A DNA stretch of 16,174 nt, taken from Candidatus Hermodarchaeota archaeon. GTDB lineage: Archaea > Asgardarchaeota > Hermodarchaeia > Hermodarchaeales > Hermodarchaeaceae. The position numbers and the translations under genes are program-made. Below the pieces are notes generated by a model, which did no database searches, had not been told where the DNA came from, and saw only the letters and a program-made list of their open reading frames with translations. This document shows positions 6,764-14,320 of this stretch, piece by piece. Position 1 is the stretch's first letter; each line of letters begins with the position of its first letter. The stretch spans positions 1 through 16,174 of the forward strand of contig JAEOUH010000037.1 of the NCBI GenBank assembly GCA_016839365.1, given 5' to 3'.

Positions 6764-7039
6764 ATGAAGATTATCGATGACTGCCCTGGCGCTACTCCCC
6801 TCAAACGACCCACCATCATCTTCAAGACCTGCCCACGTTGCGGAGAAGAAGTTGAACTCTTTACGAGTGATGTGAAGATGACCTGTGAGGGTTGTGGGTT
6901 AATCATCTACAACGATACGATGTCCTGCGTGGAGTATTGTGAATACGCCAAAGAATGCGTAGGCGAAGAGATTTACAACGACGTACAGGAAATGATCAAA
7001 AAGAAGAAAGAACAAGAGACCATCAGAAAAGCCGGGTAG
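6764..7039 (+). CDS. Small cysteine-rich metal-binding protein (CPG...CPxCG...CxxCG...SCxxxCxxAxEC), function unknown
   Basis: 91 aa with 8 Cys in a zinc-ribbon/Fe-binding arrangement. TATA-like GATTTTAAG at 6725-6733. Ends 45 nt before desulfoferrodoxin. Confidence 0.82.
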   Translation: MKIIDDCPGATPLKRPTIIFKTCPRCGEEVELFTSDVKMTCEGCGLIIYNDTMSCVEYCEYAKECVGEEIYNDVQEMIKKKKEQETIRKAG

Positions 7040-7084
7040 CCATCAACTTACAATAATCATCTAATCGAATGGTGTAACTTTAAA

Positions 7085-7462
7085 ATGACTAAACTACTTC
7101 AAATCTACAAATGCAAAACCTGTGGAAATATCGTCGAAGTGCTACACGCTGGTGCGGGCTCATTAGTCTGCTGTGGCGCAGCCATGACCCTCATGGAGGA
7201 ACAAACAGCCGACTTCAAGACCGAGAAGCACGTACCAGTTGTGAAAGAAACCAAAGACGGCCTTCACATCGTTGTTGGTTCCACTCCTCACCCAATGGTC
7301 AATGAGCACTGGATTGAATGGATCCAGGTCGTCAAGGATGGTACAATTATGCGCCAATTCTTGGAACCTGGCCAGAAACCGGAAGCCAACTTCCCGATGA
7401 AAGGCAAGCCTGACATGGCACGTGAATACTGTAACATTCACCTGCTCTGGAAGACGAGTTAA
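7085..7462 (+). CDS. dfx: Desulfoferrodoxin (2Fe superoxide reductase)
   Basis: Centre I YKCKTCGNIVEV...LVCCG. Centre II EKHVP, HPM, HWIEWI and EYCNIH. Confidence 0.97.
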   Translation: MTKLLQIYKCKTCGNIVEVLHAGAGSLVCCGAAMTLMEEQTADFKTEKHVPVVKETKDGLHIVVGSTPHPMVNEHWIEWIQVVKDGTIMRQFLEPGQKPEANFPMKGKPDMAREYCNIHLLWKTS

Positions 7463-7494
7463 ATCCACATTGAAATTCGACAAAAGCCTTATAG

Positions 7495-7534
7495 GGTGAC
7501 TAGCTTTGAGGCTGGTCACCAAAACCTCTTTTTT
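7495..7534 (+). terminator. Hairpin between the convergent dfx and 131-aa genes
   Basis: GGTGACTAGC (7495-7504) / GCTGGTCACC (7511-7520): 10-bp stem with one G-U pair and a 6-nt loop, followed by a T6 run at 7529-7534. Confidence 0.6.
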
Positions 7535-7535
7535 C

Positions 7536-7931
7536 TTAGCTACCGTTGACAATTGTTTCTTCTAGCTCAACGACCTCGCCGCAATAAGGACATTCAGCTT
7601 GTCGTGGGCCTGTCCATCGAACCTCATTATATTTGAGGGGTGCATCGCAGCGGGGGCATTCGACTGGTAGGCTTTCTCGGATAAGTTGGCGTTCCTGTCT
7701 TTGTTGACTACTGAAGTGAACGGTTTCGGGCATGTCAATCTCTTTGGTTGCAGCACGCATGCTCTTGCAAATCATATAGAACGCAAAAATGAAGACACCC
7801 ACAAAAATCGCGATGAACAGGATAAAAACCAATCCAAAAGCACCGAAAATAAAGTTTAGCAACATATCAACAAATTCGAATTGTGCGGCTATTAATAGTA
7901 AAACTGGCTGGAAACCATAGTATGACATCAT
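7536..7931 (-). CDS. Small membrane-anchored protein with a C-terminal zinc ribbon
   Basis: Hydrophobic N-terminal half, then ECPRCDAPL...AECPYCG (2x CxxC). Fills the gap between dfx and birA. Confidence 0.8.
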   Translation of the reverse strand: MMSYYGFQPVLLLIAAQFEFVDMLLNFIFGAFGLVFILFIAIFVGVFIFAFYMICKSMRAATKEIDMPETVHFSSQQRQERQLIRESLPVECPRCDAPLKYNEVRWTGPRQAECPYCGEVVELEETIVNGS

Positions 7932-7980
7932 TGTTCACTAATTGGTGTTGAGAAGTCTACGCCTAAAAGGCTTGTTAAGA

Positions 7981-8811
7981 TTATTCATTCATGTCTTCAG
8001 AGATTGAGGAAACCATGTCCCCACTTCGAATATTCAAACGTCCTTCAGCCGTTTGAATGATAAGACTGCCATCTACATCTAATTTCTCTGCCATTCCAGT
8101 GACGTGCCTGTCGCCCATATCAACAGTCACATTCTTCCCAAGGGTTCTGCAGAGGCGTAGATAATGTGGTTTGATAGCTCTGAAACCTTTGTCACGAAGT
8201 ATGACATACCAAAATTCCAGTTGACCCACTAAATACCCGAATAGTCGGGGCAAATCCACCGCGCGATTAAGCTGCTCCTGAAGCGTCGTAACCTTCGATT
8301 GAAGCAAATCCGGGAAATCTCCTAATGTGGAATTAGCATTAATTCCGATACCAATCACAGCGTATTCGATATCGTTACCAATAAAAGCTGATTCGACGAG
8401 AATCCCTGCCACTTTCTGATTATTTAACAATACATCATTTGGCCATTTCAATACGGCTTTTAGCCCTAATGCAGTCTGAAGAACCTTAGCGACCGCTACA
8501 CCTGCTGTCAATGTAATCAACGGGGTTTCATCAGCTCTAATGTTCATTGGACGAACTAATAGAGAAAAATACAGTCCACCAGGTGGTGAATACCACCTGC
8601 GATCTAATCTCCCCACCCCTTCTGATTGCTCATCAGCTAGCACAATTAATCCTTCGCGTTCACCCACCTTAGCTAACGGTTTCAGATACGCGTTGGTTGA
8701 GGGAAGCGATGAAAAATGAAGCAATCGCTTAAAAACTAGTTTTGAGGTATTGCTCAGCGCTTGTTGGAAAAGGTCGTTTCGGGGTTCAAGGGGGATGGGT
8801 GGTTTAGCCAT
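7981..8811 (-). CDS. birA: Biotin--protein ligase (monofunctional, no N-terminal HTH)
   Basis: STNAYLK, ADEQSEGVGRLDRRWYSPPGGLYFSLL, LKWPND, KVAGILVE, VIGIGINAN and an SH3-like C-terminus. Start taken at ATG 8811 (MAKPP); the track uses GTG 8820. Confidence 0.95.
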   Translation of the reverse strand: MAKPPIPLEPRNDLFQQALSNTSKLVFKRLLHFSSLPSTNAYLKPLAKVGEREGLIVLADEQSEGVGRLDRRWYSPPGGLYFSLLVRPMNIRADETPLITLTAGVAVAKVLQTALGLKAVLKWPNDVLLNNQKVAGILVESAFIGNDIEYAVIGIGINANSTLGDFPDLLQSKVTTLQEQLNRAVDLPRLFGYLVGQLEFWYVILRDKGFRAIKPHYLRLCRTLGKNVTVDMGDRHVTGMAEKLDVDGSLIIQTAEGRLNIRSGDMVSSISEDMNE

Positions 8812-8826
8812 ACAACTCACAGTAAG

Positions 8827-9225
8827 CTATTTGGTTGGTTGGCACAATTCTAACAGCACACCGTTGGTGCTTCGTGGATGGATGAAAGCGATACGCATAT
8901 TTCCAGCACCCATTCGTGGTGTTTCATCGATTAACTGGAATCCCTGAGCTTTCATCTTAACTAGCGTGACCTCGATATCATCCACTTCAATAGCGATATG
9001 GTGGATGCCTTCACCACGCTTTTCGATGAACTTTGCCACAACACCATCAGGACTCGTCGATTCAAGTAACTCGATACTGGAATCGCCAACTGGAATGTGA
9101 ACCGCTTTGACCTTCTGGTTTTCGATAATTTCAATACTTGAAGGCTCTAATCCGAGGACCTCTTGATATATTTTGAGAGCCTCATCAGCATCCTTAACTG
9201 CAATTCCTATGTGAGCAATGCGCAA
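8827..9225 (-). CDS. mce: Methylmalonyl-CoA epimerase (VOC superfamily)
   Basis: HIGIAV, IELLE, KFIEKRGEGIHHIAIEV, IAFIHPRSTNGVLLEL; metal ligands H/H/E present. TTG start with GGAG upstream. Confidence 0.95.
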   Translation of the reverse strand: MRIAHIGIAVKDADEALKIYQEVLGLEPSSIEIIENQKVKAVHIPVGDSSIELLESTSPDGVVAKFIEKRGEGIHHIAIEVDDIEVTLVKMKAQGFQLIDETPRMGAGNMRIAFIHPRSTNGVLLELCQPTK

Positions 9226-9336
9226 TAGACACTCATCTCCGTCTTCTTTGAGATGTAGTGCCTTGAAAAAACTTCTGTTCCACTAAACTAGTATTCCACA
9301 AACGTTTTTATTGAAGGTCAGGTGTTGAGGCGCATT

Positions 9337-10581
9337 ATGCAACCCACTGAGGGTCGTGAGCAGGAAAATATGGGCGAGAAACCCCCATTAAATTCCAATC
9401 TTTTGATTATTTTTAGTACAACCCTCATTGCAGTCATGGGTGTTGCAAGTATAACTCCGGCGTTTCCTGCAATGAGTATTACTCTTAGTGTTCCCCCTGG
9501 CATGATCAGTCTTGTTATCATCGTATTCACACTCCCCGGAGTCATCCTTACCCCTTTTTTAGGGGTGGCTGCAGATCGATATGGTCGCAAACGAGTGTTG
9601 GCTCCCTCTCTGTTACTGTTCGGAGTCGCTGGATTTGCTTGTGCGTTTTCTGAACCCCTAGGGCTTCTATTGGGGGCATCGCCATTTTTCATGCTGCTGA
9701 TTCTTCGAGTCTTTCAAGGGGTTGGGGCAGCCTCTCTTGGTTCACTTAATGTCACAATCATTGGCGATTTGTACCACCGCCAGCAGCGCACACATGTGAT
9801 GGGTTACAATGTAAGTGTACAAAGCATTGCAACAGCCATTTATCCCACGCTCGGTGGATTCTTGGCGCTTTTCGCCTGGTATTTCCCCTTCTATCTCCCG
9901 TTGCTAGCCATCCCGGTTGGTGTGGCCGCACTAATCTGGCTTAGTGTGCCAAAAGCTGAATGTCTCCTAACCCTACGCGAATATTTCGGGCAAATCTGGC
10001 ATATTCTCAAAGATCGACAGGTAGCTGGTTTGTTCATTATAAGTACAGCAATTTTCGTCATGCTATATGGAGCTATTATCACCTACCTACCCTTTCTTCT
10101 AATCTCTGCGTTTTTGGTCGACTCATTCATTGCTGGGATTGTCGTGTCTTTCATATCGGTTACTTCAGCTTTTACAGCCTTCTTAGTAGGGAATCTGATT
10201 CGAAGGTACTCCATGAAGGGCTTGTTGATGGCTGCATTTCCCTTTCAGGCGTTTGGCTTGTTCCTCATTCCCTTCGCACCTCATCTACTGATTATCCTCA
10301 TTCCAGTTGGGTTGTTTGGAGTGGGCATGGGATTGGCTATACCCACGACCCAAAACCTCCTTGTGAATCTAGCCCCAATGGAGAACCGAGCGGCGGTCAT
10401 GTCGCTAAACGGACTTGTTCTTCGATTAGGACAAACATTAGGTCCTCTTATGATGGCGGTCGTTCTAAGCGCCTTGGCACTTCCTGGAGTCTATTTCATA
10501 GGAGCCTTGATTGCACTGGCACTCATCCCAGTAGTCTTTCTAACAGTACCATCCCTGAACCGGTCTATGAAAGAACGCTAG
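9337..10581 (+). CDS. MFS transporter (DHA1-like)
   Basis: MFS motif [13 protein letters not shown], motif B LRVFQGVG, and about 12 hydrophobic segments. Start uncertain (GTG 9322, ATG 9337 or ATG 9370). TTTTTA at 9305-9310 favours 9337 or later. The stop overlaps the mutase stop (CTAG 10578-10581). Confidence 0.92.
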   Translation: MQPTEGREQENMGEKPPLNSNLLIIFSTTLIAVMGVASITPAFPAMSITLSVPPGMISLVIIVFTLPGVILTPFLGVAADRYGRKRVLAPSLLLFGVAGFACAFSEPLGLLLGASPFFMLLILRVFQGVGAASLGSLNVTIIGDLYHRQQRTHVMGYNVSVQSIATAIYPTLGGFLALFAWYFPFYLPLLAIPVGVAALIWLSVPKAECLLTLREYFGQIWHILKDRQVAGLFIISTAIFVMLYGAIITYLPFLLISAFLVDSFIAGIVVSFISVTSAFTAFLVGNLIRRYSMKGLLMAAFPFQAFGLFLIPFAPHLLIILIPVGLFGVGMGLAIPTTQNLLVNLAPMENRAAVMSLNGLVLRLGQTLGPLMMAVVLSALALPGVYFIGALIALALIPVVFLTVPSLNRSMKER

Positions 10582-12251
10582 AAGATTTGTGGGGCCTTGT
10601 ACTCACCAAAAACTGAGCGTAGACTATCGCATATCTCACCTAAGGTTGCATGGGCTTCAACTGCTACAAGGATGGGAGTGAAGAGATTATTCATATCCTC
10701 TGCAGCTACTTTGAGATTATTTAGTGCTGATTCTACCCTTGTTGCATCCCGGGATTGTTTAAGGGCTGCCAGTTTCTTGGCTTGCAGGTCCTCGACAAGC
10801 GGGTCAACCCTTAGGTAATCAATAGTGCGTTCCTCTTCAGGGATTTCAAATTGATTAACACCAACCACTACCCTTTCACCAGTTTCAATTTCGCGTTGAT
10901 AACGATAGGCACTGTCATGAATTTCGCGTTGAATGTAACCTGATTCAATGGCTCGCAGGACGCCACCCATTTTATCGATTTGTTGAAGGTACTTCTCAAC
11001 TCCCTCTTCAATCTCATTAGTAAGATTTTCCAAGAAATAGGATCCAGCGAACGGATCAATGGTGTTTGCAGCACCAGTTTCATGGGCAAGGATTTGTTGA
11101 GTGCGGAGTGCGATGGTTGCGGCTTTTTCAGTTGGGAGGGCAAGGGCTTCATCCATAGAGTTGGTGTGAAGAGATTGGGTTCCTCCCAGCACAGCAGCTA
11201 GCGCCTGCATCGTGACTCGTACAATGTTATTCTCTGGTTGTTGAGCAGTAAGACTACAACCAGCAGTTTGCGTATGAAAACGCAAGAGCCATGAACGCGA
11301 ATCCTTTGCATTATACCGTTCTCGCATAATCTTATACCACAATCGACGAGCAGCCCGGAATTTCGCAATCTCCTCGAATAGATCATTATGGGCTCCAAAG
11401 AAGAAGGAGAGCCGTGGGGCAAACTCATCGACCTGGAGCCCCGCATCAATGGCGGCCTGCACATAAGCTATGCCATTGGCAAATGTGAACGCTACTTCTT
11501 GGATGGCGGTACTACCCGCTTCACGGATATGGTAACCACTAATACTGATAGTATTCCACGAGGGCAGCTCTTCGCGACAATACGCGAAGGTATCAGTGAT
11601 TAATCGCATGGAAGGTTTAGGTGGGTAAATGTAAGTTCCACGGGCCACATATTCTTTGAGAATATCGTTTTGAATCGTACCACGCAAAACCTTAGGATTA
11701 ATCCCCTGTCTTTTGGCAATCACAATATACATCGCTAGTAAGACTGCTGCGGGGGCGTTGATTGTCATGCTTGTGCTGACCTTTTCGAGAGGAATATTCT
11801 GGAAGAGAATGCCCATGTCTTCAACAGATGGGATGGAGACGCCGCATTTGCCCACCTCACCTGCAGCCATTGGATGGTCTGCGTCATAACCGATCTGAGT
11901 TGGTAAATCAAAGGCTACACTGAGCCCGGTTTGTCCCTGCTTGAGGAGGTACTGGTAGCGTTCATTGGTCTGTTCAGCATTACCGAATCCTGAGTACATG
12001 CGCATGGTCCATAAGCGTCCCCGGTACATCGTGGGATACACACCACGAGTATATGGAGATTCACCAGGAAATCCTAAGTCCTGTTGATAGTCAAATTCAG
12101 GAAGGTCTGCTGGTGAATAAAGTCGTTTGACGGGTTTACTGGAGGTAGTCATAAACTGGTCAGCCCGTTCGGGGGCTGTTTTTAAATAAGGTGTAAGGAC
12201 ATTCACCTCCCAATCATCATACGCTTTCTTTACTCGCTTCTTTTTGGACAC
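10578..12251 (-). CDS. mcmA: Methylmalonyl-CoA mutase, large (substrate-binding) subunit of the split form
   Basis: [69 protein letters not shown] and [10 protein letters not shown]. No DxHxxG B12-binding domain. GGTGA RBS 6 nt before GTG. Confidence 0.95.
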   Translation of the reverse strand: MSKKKRVKKAYDDWEVNVLTPYLKTAPERADQFMTTSSKPVKRLYSPADLPEFDYQQDLGFPGESPYTRGVYPTMYRGRLWTMRMYSGFGNAEQTNERYQYLLKQGQTGLSVAFDLPTQIGYDADHPMAAGEVGKCGVSIPSVEDMGILFQNIPLEKVSTSMTINAPAAVLLAMYIVIAKRQGINPKVLRGTIQNDILKEYVARGTYIYPPKPSMRLITDTFAYCREELPSWNTISISGYHIREAGSTAIQEVAFTFANGIAYVQAAIDAGLQVDEFAPRLSFFFGAHNDLFEEIAKFRAARRLWYKIMRERYNAKDSRSWLLRFHTQTAGCSLTAQQPENNIVRVTMQALAAVLGGTQSLHTNSMDEALALPTEKAATIALRTQQILAHETGAANTIDPFAGSYFLENLTNEIEEGVEKYLQQIDKMGGVLRAIESGYIQREIHDSAYRYQREIETGERVVVGVNQFEIPEEERTIDYLRVDPLVEDLQAKKLAALKQSRDATRVESALNNLKVAAEDMNNLFTPILVAVEAHATLGEICDSLRSVFGEYKAPQIF

Positions 12252-12272
12252 TTCATATCACCGCTTAGCCAG

Positions 12273-12815
12273 CTACATCTCCACACCTTTACGCGCTGCG
12301 ACTCCCTTCTGATAAGGATGCTTTACTTCCCTCACCTCACTGACAAGATCTGCAAGTTCAATAATCGAAGCGGGTGCATAGCGACCCGTCAGGACCACTT
12401 CCATATGGGCGGGACGGGATTCAATTAGCGCAATGACCTCCTGTTCCGTAACCAATCCGAAATCCATTGCCACATTCACTTCATCAAGAATAAGAAAGTC
12501 AACGGTCCCTATTTCGATTATCTCACGAGCATGATTGAGGGCTTCTTTTGCCAACTTGACATCTTTGGGGTCTGGCTTCGATTTGTCGACAAAGTCTGGA
12601 CGACCAAATTGTCGAATCGTGAAGTTGGGTATGTGTTTAACAGCGTTTATTTCTCCATAGTTAATCTGCCCTTTCATGAATTGAATCATGTATACTTCAA
12701 AGCCATGGCCAGCTGCACGTAGCCCCAACCCTAATGCGGCAGAGGTTTTTCCCTTTCCAGAGCCGGTATACACCTGTACCAAACCTTGGTGACCGGATTC
12801 TTTTCTATCCTTCAT
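12273..12815 (-). CDS. cobO: Cob(I)alamin adenosyltransferase, CobA/CobO/BtuR type
   Basis: VQVYTGSGKGKTSAALG, IQFMKG, ILDE, EVVLTGR, ADLVSE and KHPY..G..ARKGVE. Alternative start GTG 12824 overlaps the HIT stop. Confidence 0.95.
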   Translation of the reverse strand: MKDRKESGHQGLVQVYTGSGKGKTSAALGLGLRAAGHGFEVYMIQFMKGQINYGEINAVKHIPNFTIRQFGRPDFVDKSKPDPKDVKLAKEALNHAREIIEIGTVDFLILDEVNVAMDFGLVTEQEVIALIESRPAHMEVVLTGRYAPASIIELADLVSEVREVKHPYQKGVAARKGVEM

Positions 12816-12820
12816 TGCCT

Positions 12821-13324
12821 TCACTTTGATGTGAGAATCTCCAAGTGGGGGGCTAGCCGTTGATAGGTTGTTTCTGCATTCATGACCAAGGTCCGTGTGT
12901 CAGCGGTGGTTTCCATGAAGCCTAGTTCTCGGGGATAGCGTGGCACGATATGCAAATGGAGATGCAAAATACTGGCCCCTGCAGCTGAACCAATATTTAG
13001 TCCCATGTTCACACCCGTTGGGTTGAAGGCTTTTTGGACGAGTTTTACTGTTTTAGCACCCATCCAGAAGAAGGCGTTTGTCTCCTCCTGAGTTAACTCC
13101 GAAAGCTTCACCACATGCCGAATGGGAACAACCATCACATGACCCGGATTAAAAGGAAACATATTGAGAAGGACCAAGAATTGATCATTACGGTAAACGA
13201 TTTTGGTTTTCACCTTCGGGTGGCCTTCGATTATGGCACAGAAGATGCAGGGAATTTCATGGCGTTCCCGCCCCTCTATATACGCTAGTTTATGCGGGGC
13301 TGCAATGTAATCTCGGAAGGGCAC
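12821..13324 (-). CDS. HIT family nucleotide hydrolase/transferase (Ap4A hydrolase/phosphorylase-like)
   Basis: CIFC, LNMFPFNPGHVMVVP.RH and GLNIGSAAGASILHLHLHIVPR (histidine triad). AGGAG RBS about 10 nt upstream of GTG. Confidence 0.93.
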   Translation of the reverse strand: MPFRDYIAAPHKLAYIEGRERHEIPCIFCAIIEGHPKVKTKIVYRNDQFLVLLNMFPFNPGHVMVVPIRHVVKLSELTQEETNAFFWMGAKTVKLVQKAFNPTGVNMGLNIGSAAGASILHLHLHIVPRYPRELGFMETTADTRTLVMNAETTYQRLAPHLEILTSK

Positions 13325-13334
13325 GGTTCTAACT

Positions 13335-13377
13335 ACTCCTATTCAGGCTAGCTGAACTTGTTATTCAACAAAGGAGT
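13335..13377 (-). promoter_or_regulatory. Predicted three-way-junction RNA structure sequestering the HIT gene RBS
   Basis: Minus strand reads ACTCCT-TTGTTgaatAACAA-g-TTCAGctagcCTGAA-t-AGGAGT: three perfect stems of 6, 5 and 5 bp. Confidence 0.5.
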
Positions 13378-13422
13378 GAAAAGTACAATTAATACTTCCG
13401 TTTCTGCCGTGAATTTGGAATA

Positions 13423-14313
13423 TTAGCCACCGTGACGGTGGACTTCGTCTTCAAGTCCTCGAATTGCGGCTTTGAGGCGTAACCGTTCTTCGACGTATTC
13501 GTCCCCGGTTACATCGCCAGACTTGAACTTTTTGTCTACATCGCTCAGTTCTGCTTTCAATTTTTTGATTCGTTGCCGCATCTGATCAACATAACTCACG
13601 GTACGGCCTTCAGCACCAGCTTCAAGTTCTGCGGGGGTATAAGCGGCTTTAATTACTCCATCGTCGATTCGGAGAATTCGTTCCGTGGCTGCAGCGACCA
13701 GCGGATTGTGGGTTACGAGAATAATTGTCTTCTTATACTTCTCATTGATTTGCACCAAAAAGTCAACAATAACTTGGGAGGTTTCGGAATCCAACTCACC
13801 AGTTGGCTCATCAGCCAAAACAATGGGAGGATCATTAGCTAGTGCTGCGGCGATGGCGACTCGTTGCTGTTCGCCTCCGCTCAATTCATCGGGTTTGTGC
13901 TTCGCCCGGTCGGAGAGTTGAACTATAGAGAGCAGGTCATCTACTCGGTCTCGGCGTTCGCTTCGGGGGAGTTGATTGACAATCATGGGTAATGCGACGT
14001 TTTCCGCCGCTGTGAGAGTAGGAACCAAGTTCAATGTCTGGAAGATGTGTCCCACCACTCGTCGGCGGTACATCACTAACTGTCTTCGGTCCAAGAAAGT
14101 GACATCTACATCACCTACTTTGGCTTCTCCCGCTGTGGCTCGGTCAAGACCCCCAAGAATGTTTAGCAAGGTGGTCTTTCCAGAACCGGAGGGTCCCATA
14201 ACCGACACCAGTTCGCCTTCGCGCACTTCCATGGATAATCCTCTAAGGGCTCGAACCTCAACGGCGCCTAAGCGATAGACGCGAACCAAATCTTTGACTG
14301 TAATATAGGACAT
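13423..14313 (-). CDS. ABC transporter ATP-binding protein (LolD/MacB family) with a C-terminal helical extension
   Basis: Walker A GPSGSGKTT, signature LSGGEQQRVAIA, Walker B VLADEPTGELD and H-loop LVTH, plus an extra tail of about 60 aa. Confidence 0.95.
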   Translation of the reverse strand: MSYITVKDLVRVYRLGAVEVRALRGLSMEVREGELVSVMGPSGSGKTTLLNILGGLDRATAGEAKVGDVDVTFLDRRQLVMYRRRVVGHIFQTLNLVPTLTAAENVALPMIVNQLPRSERRDRVDDLLSIVQLSDRAKHKPDELSGGEQQRVAIAAALANDPPIVLADEPTGELDSETSQVIVDFLVQINEKYKKTIILVTHNPLVAAATERILRIDDGVIKAAYTPAELEAGAEGRTVSYVDQMRQRIKKLKAELSDVDKKFKSGDVTGDEYVEERLRLKAAIRGLEDEVHRHGG

Positions 14314-14320
14314 TCTCTTT

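Noticed and set aside
8595-8625. BirA biotin-binding loop GVGRLD deviating from GRGRxG as a sign of inactivation
   Set aside because: The critical second Arg, the Trp, KWPND and KxAGIL are retained, so this looks like ordinary variation.
9960-10616. 218-aa alternative-frame ORF inside the MFS gene
   Set aside because: Frame-shifted shadow of a hydrophobic gene. The MFS frame is intact.
13423-13431. C-terminal GG of the ABC ATPase as a ubiquitin-like conjugation motif
   Set aside because: The preceding sequence looks helical rather than beta-grasp, and no conjugation machinery is nearby.
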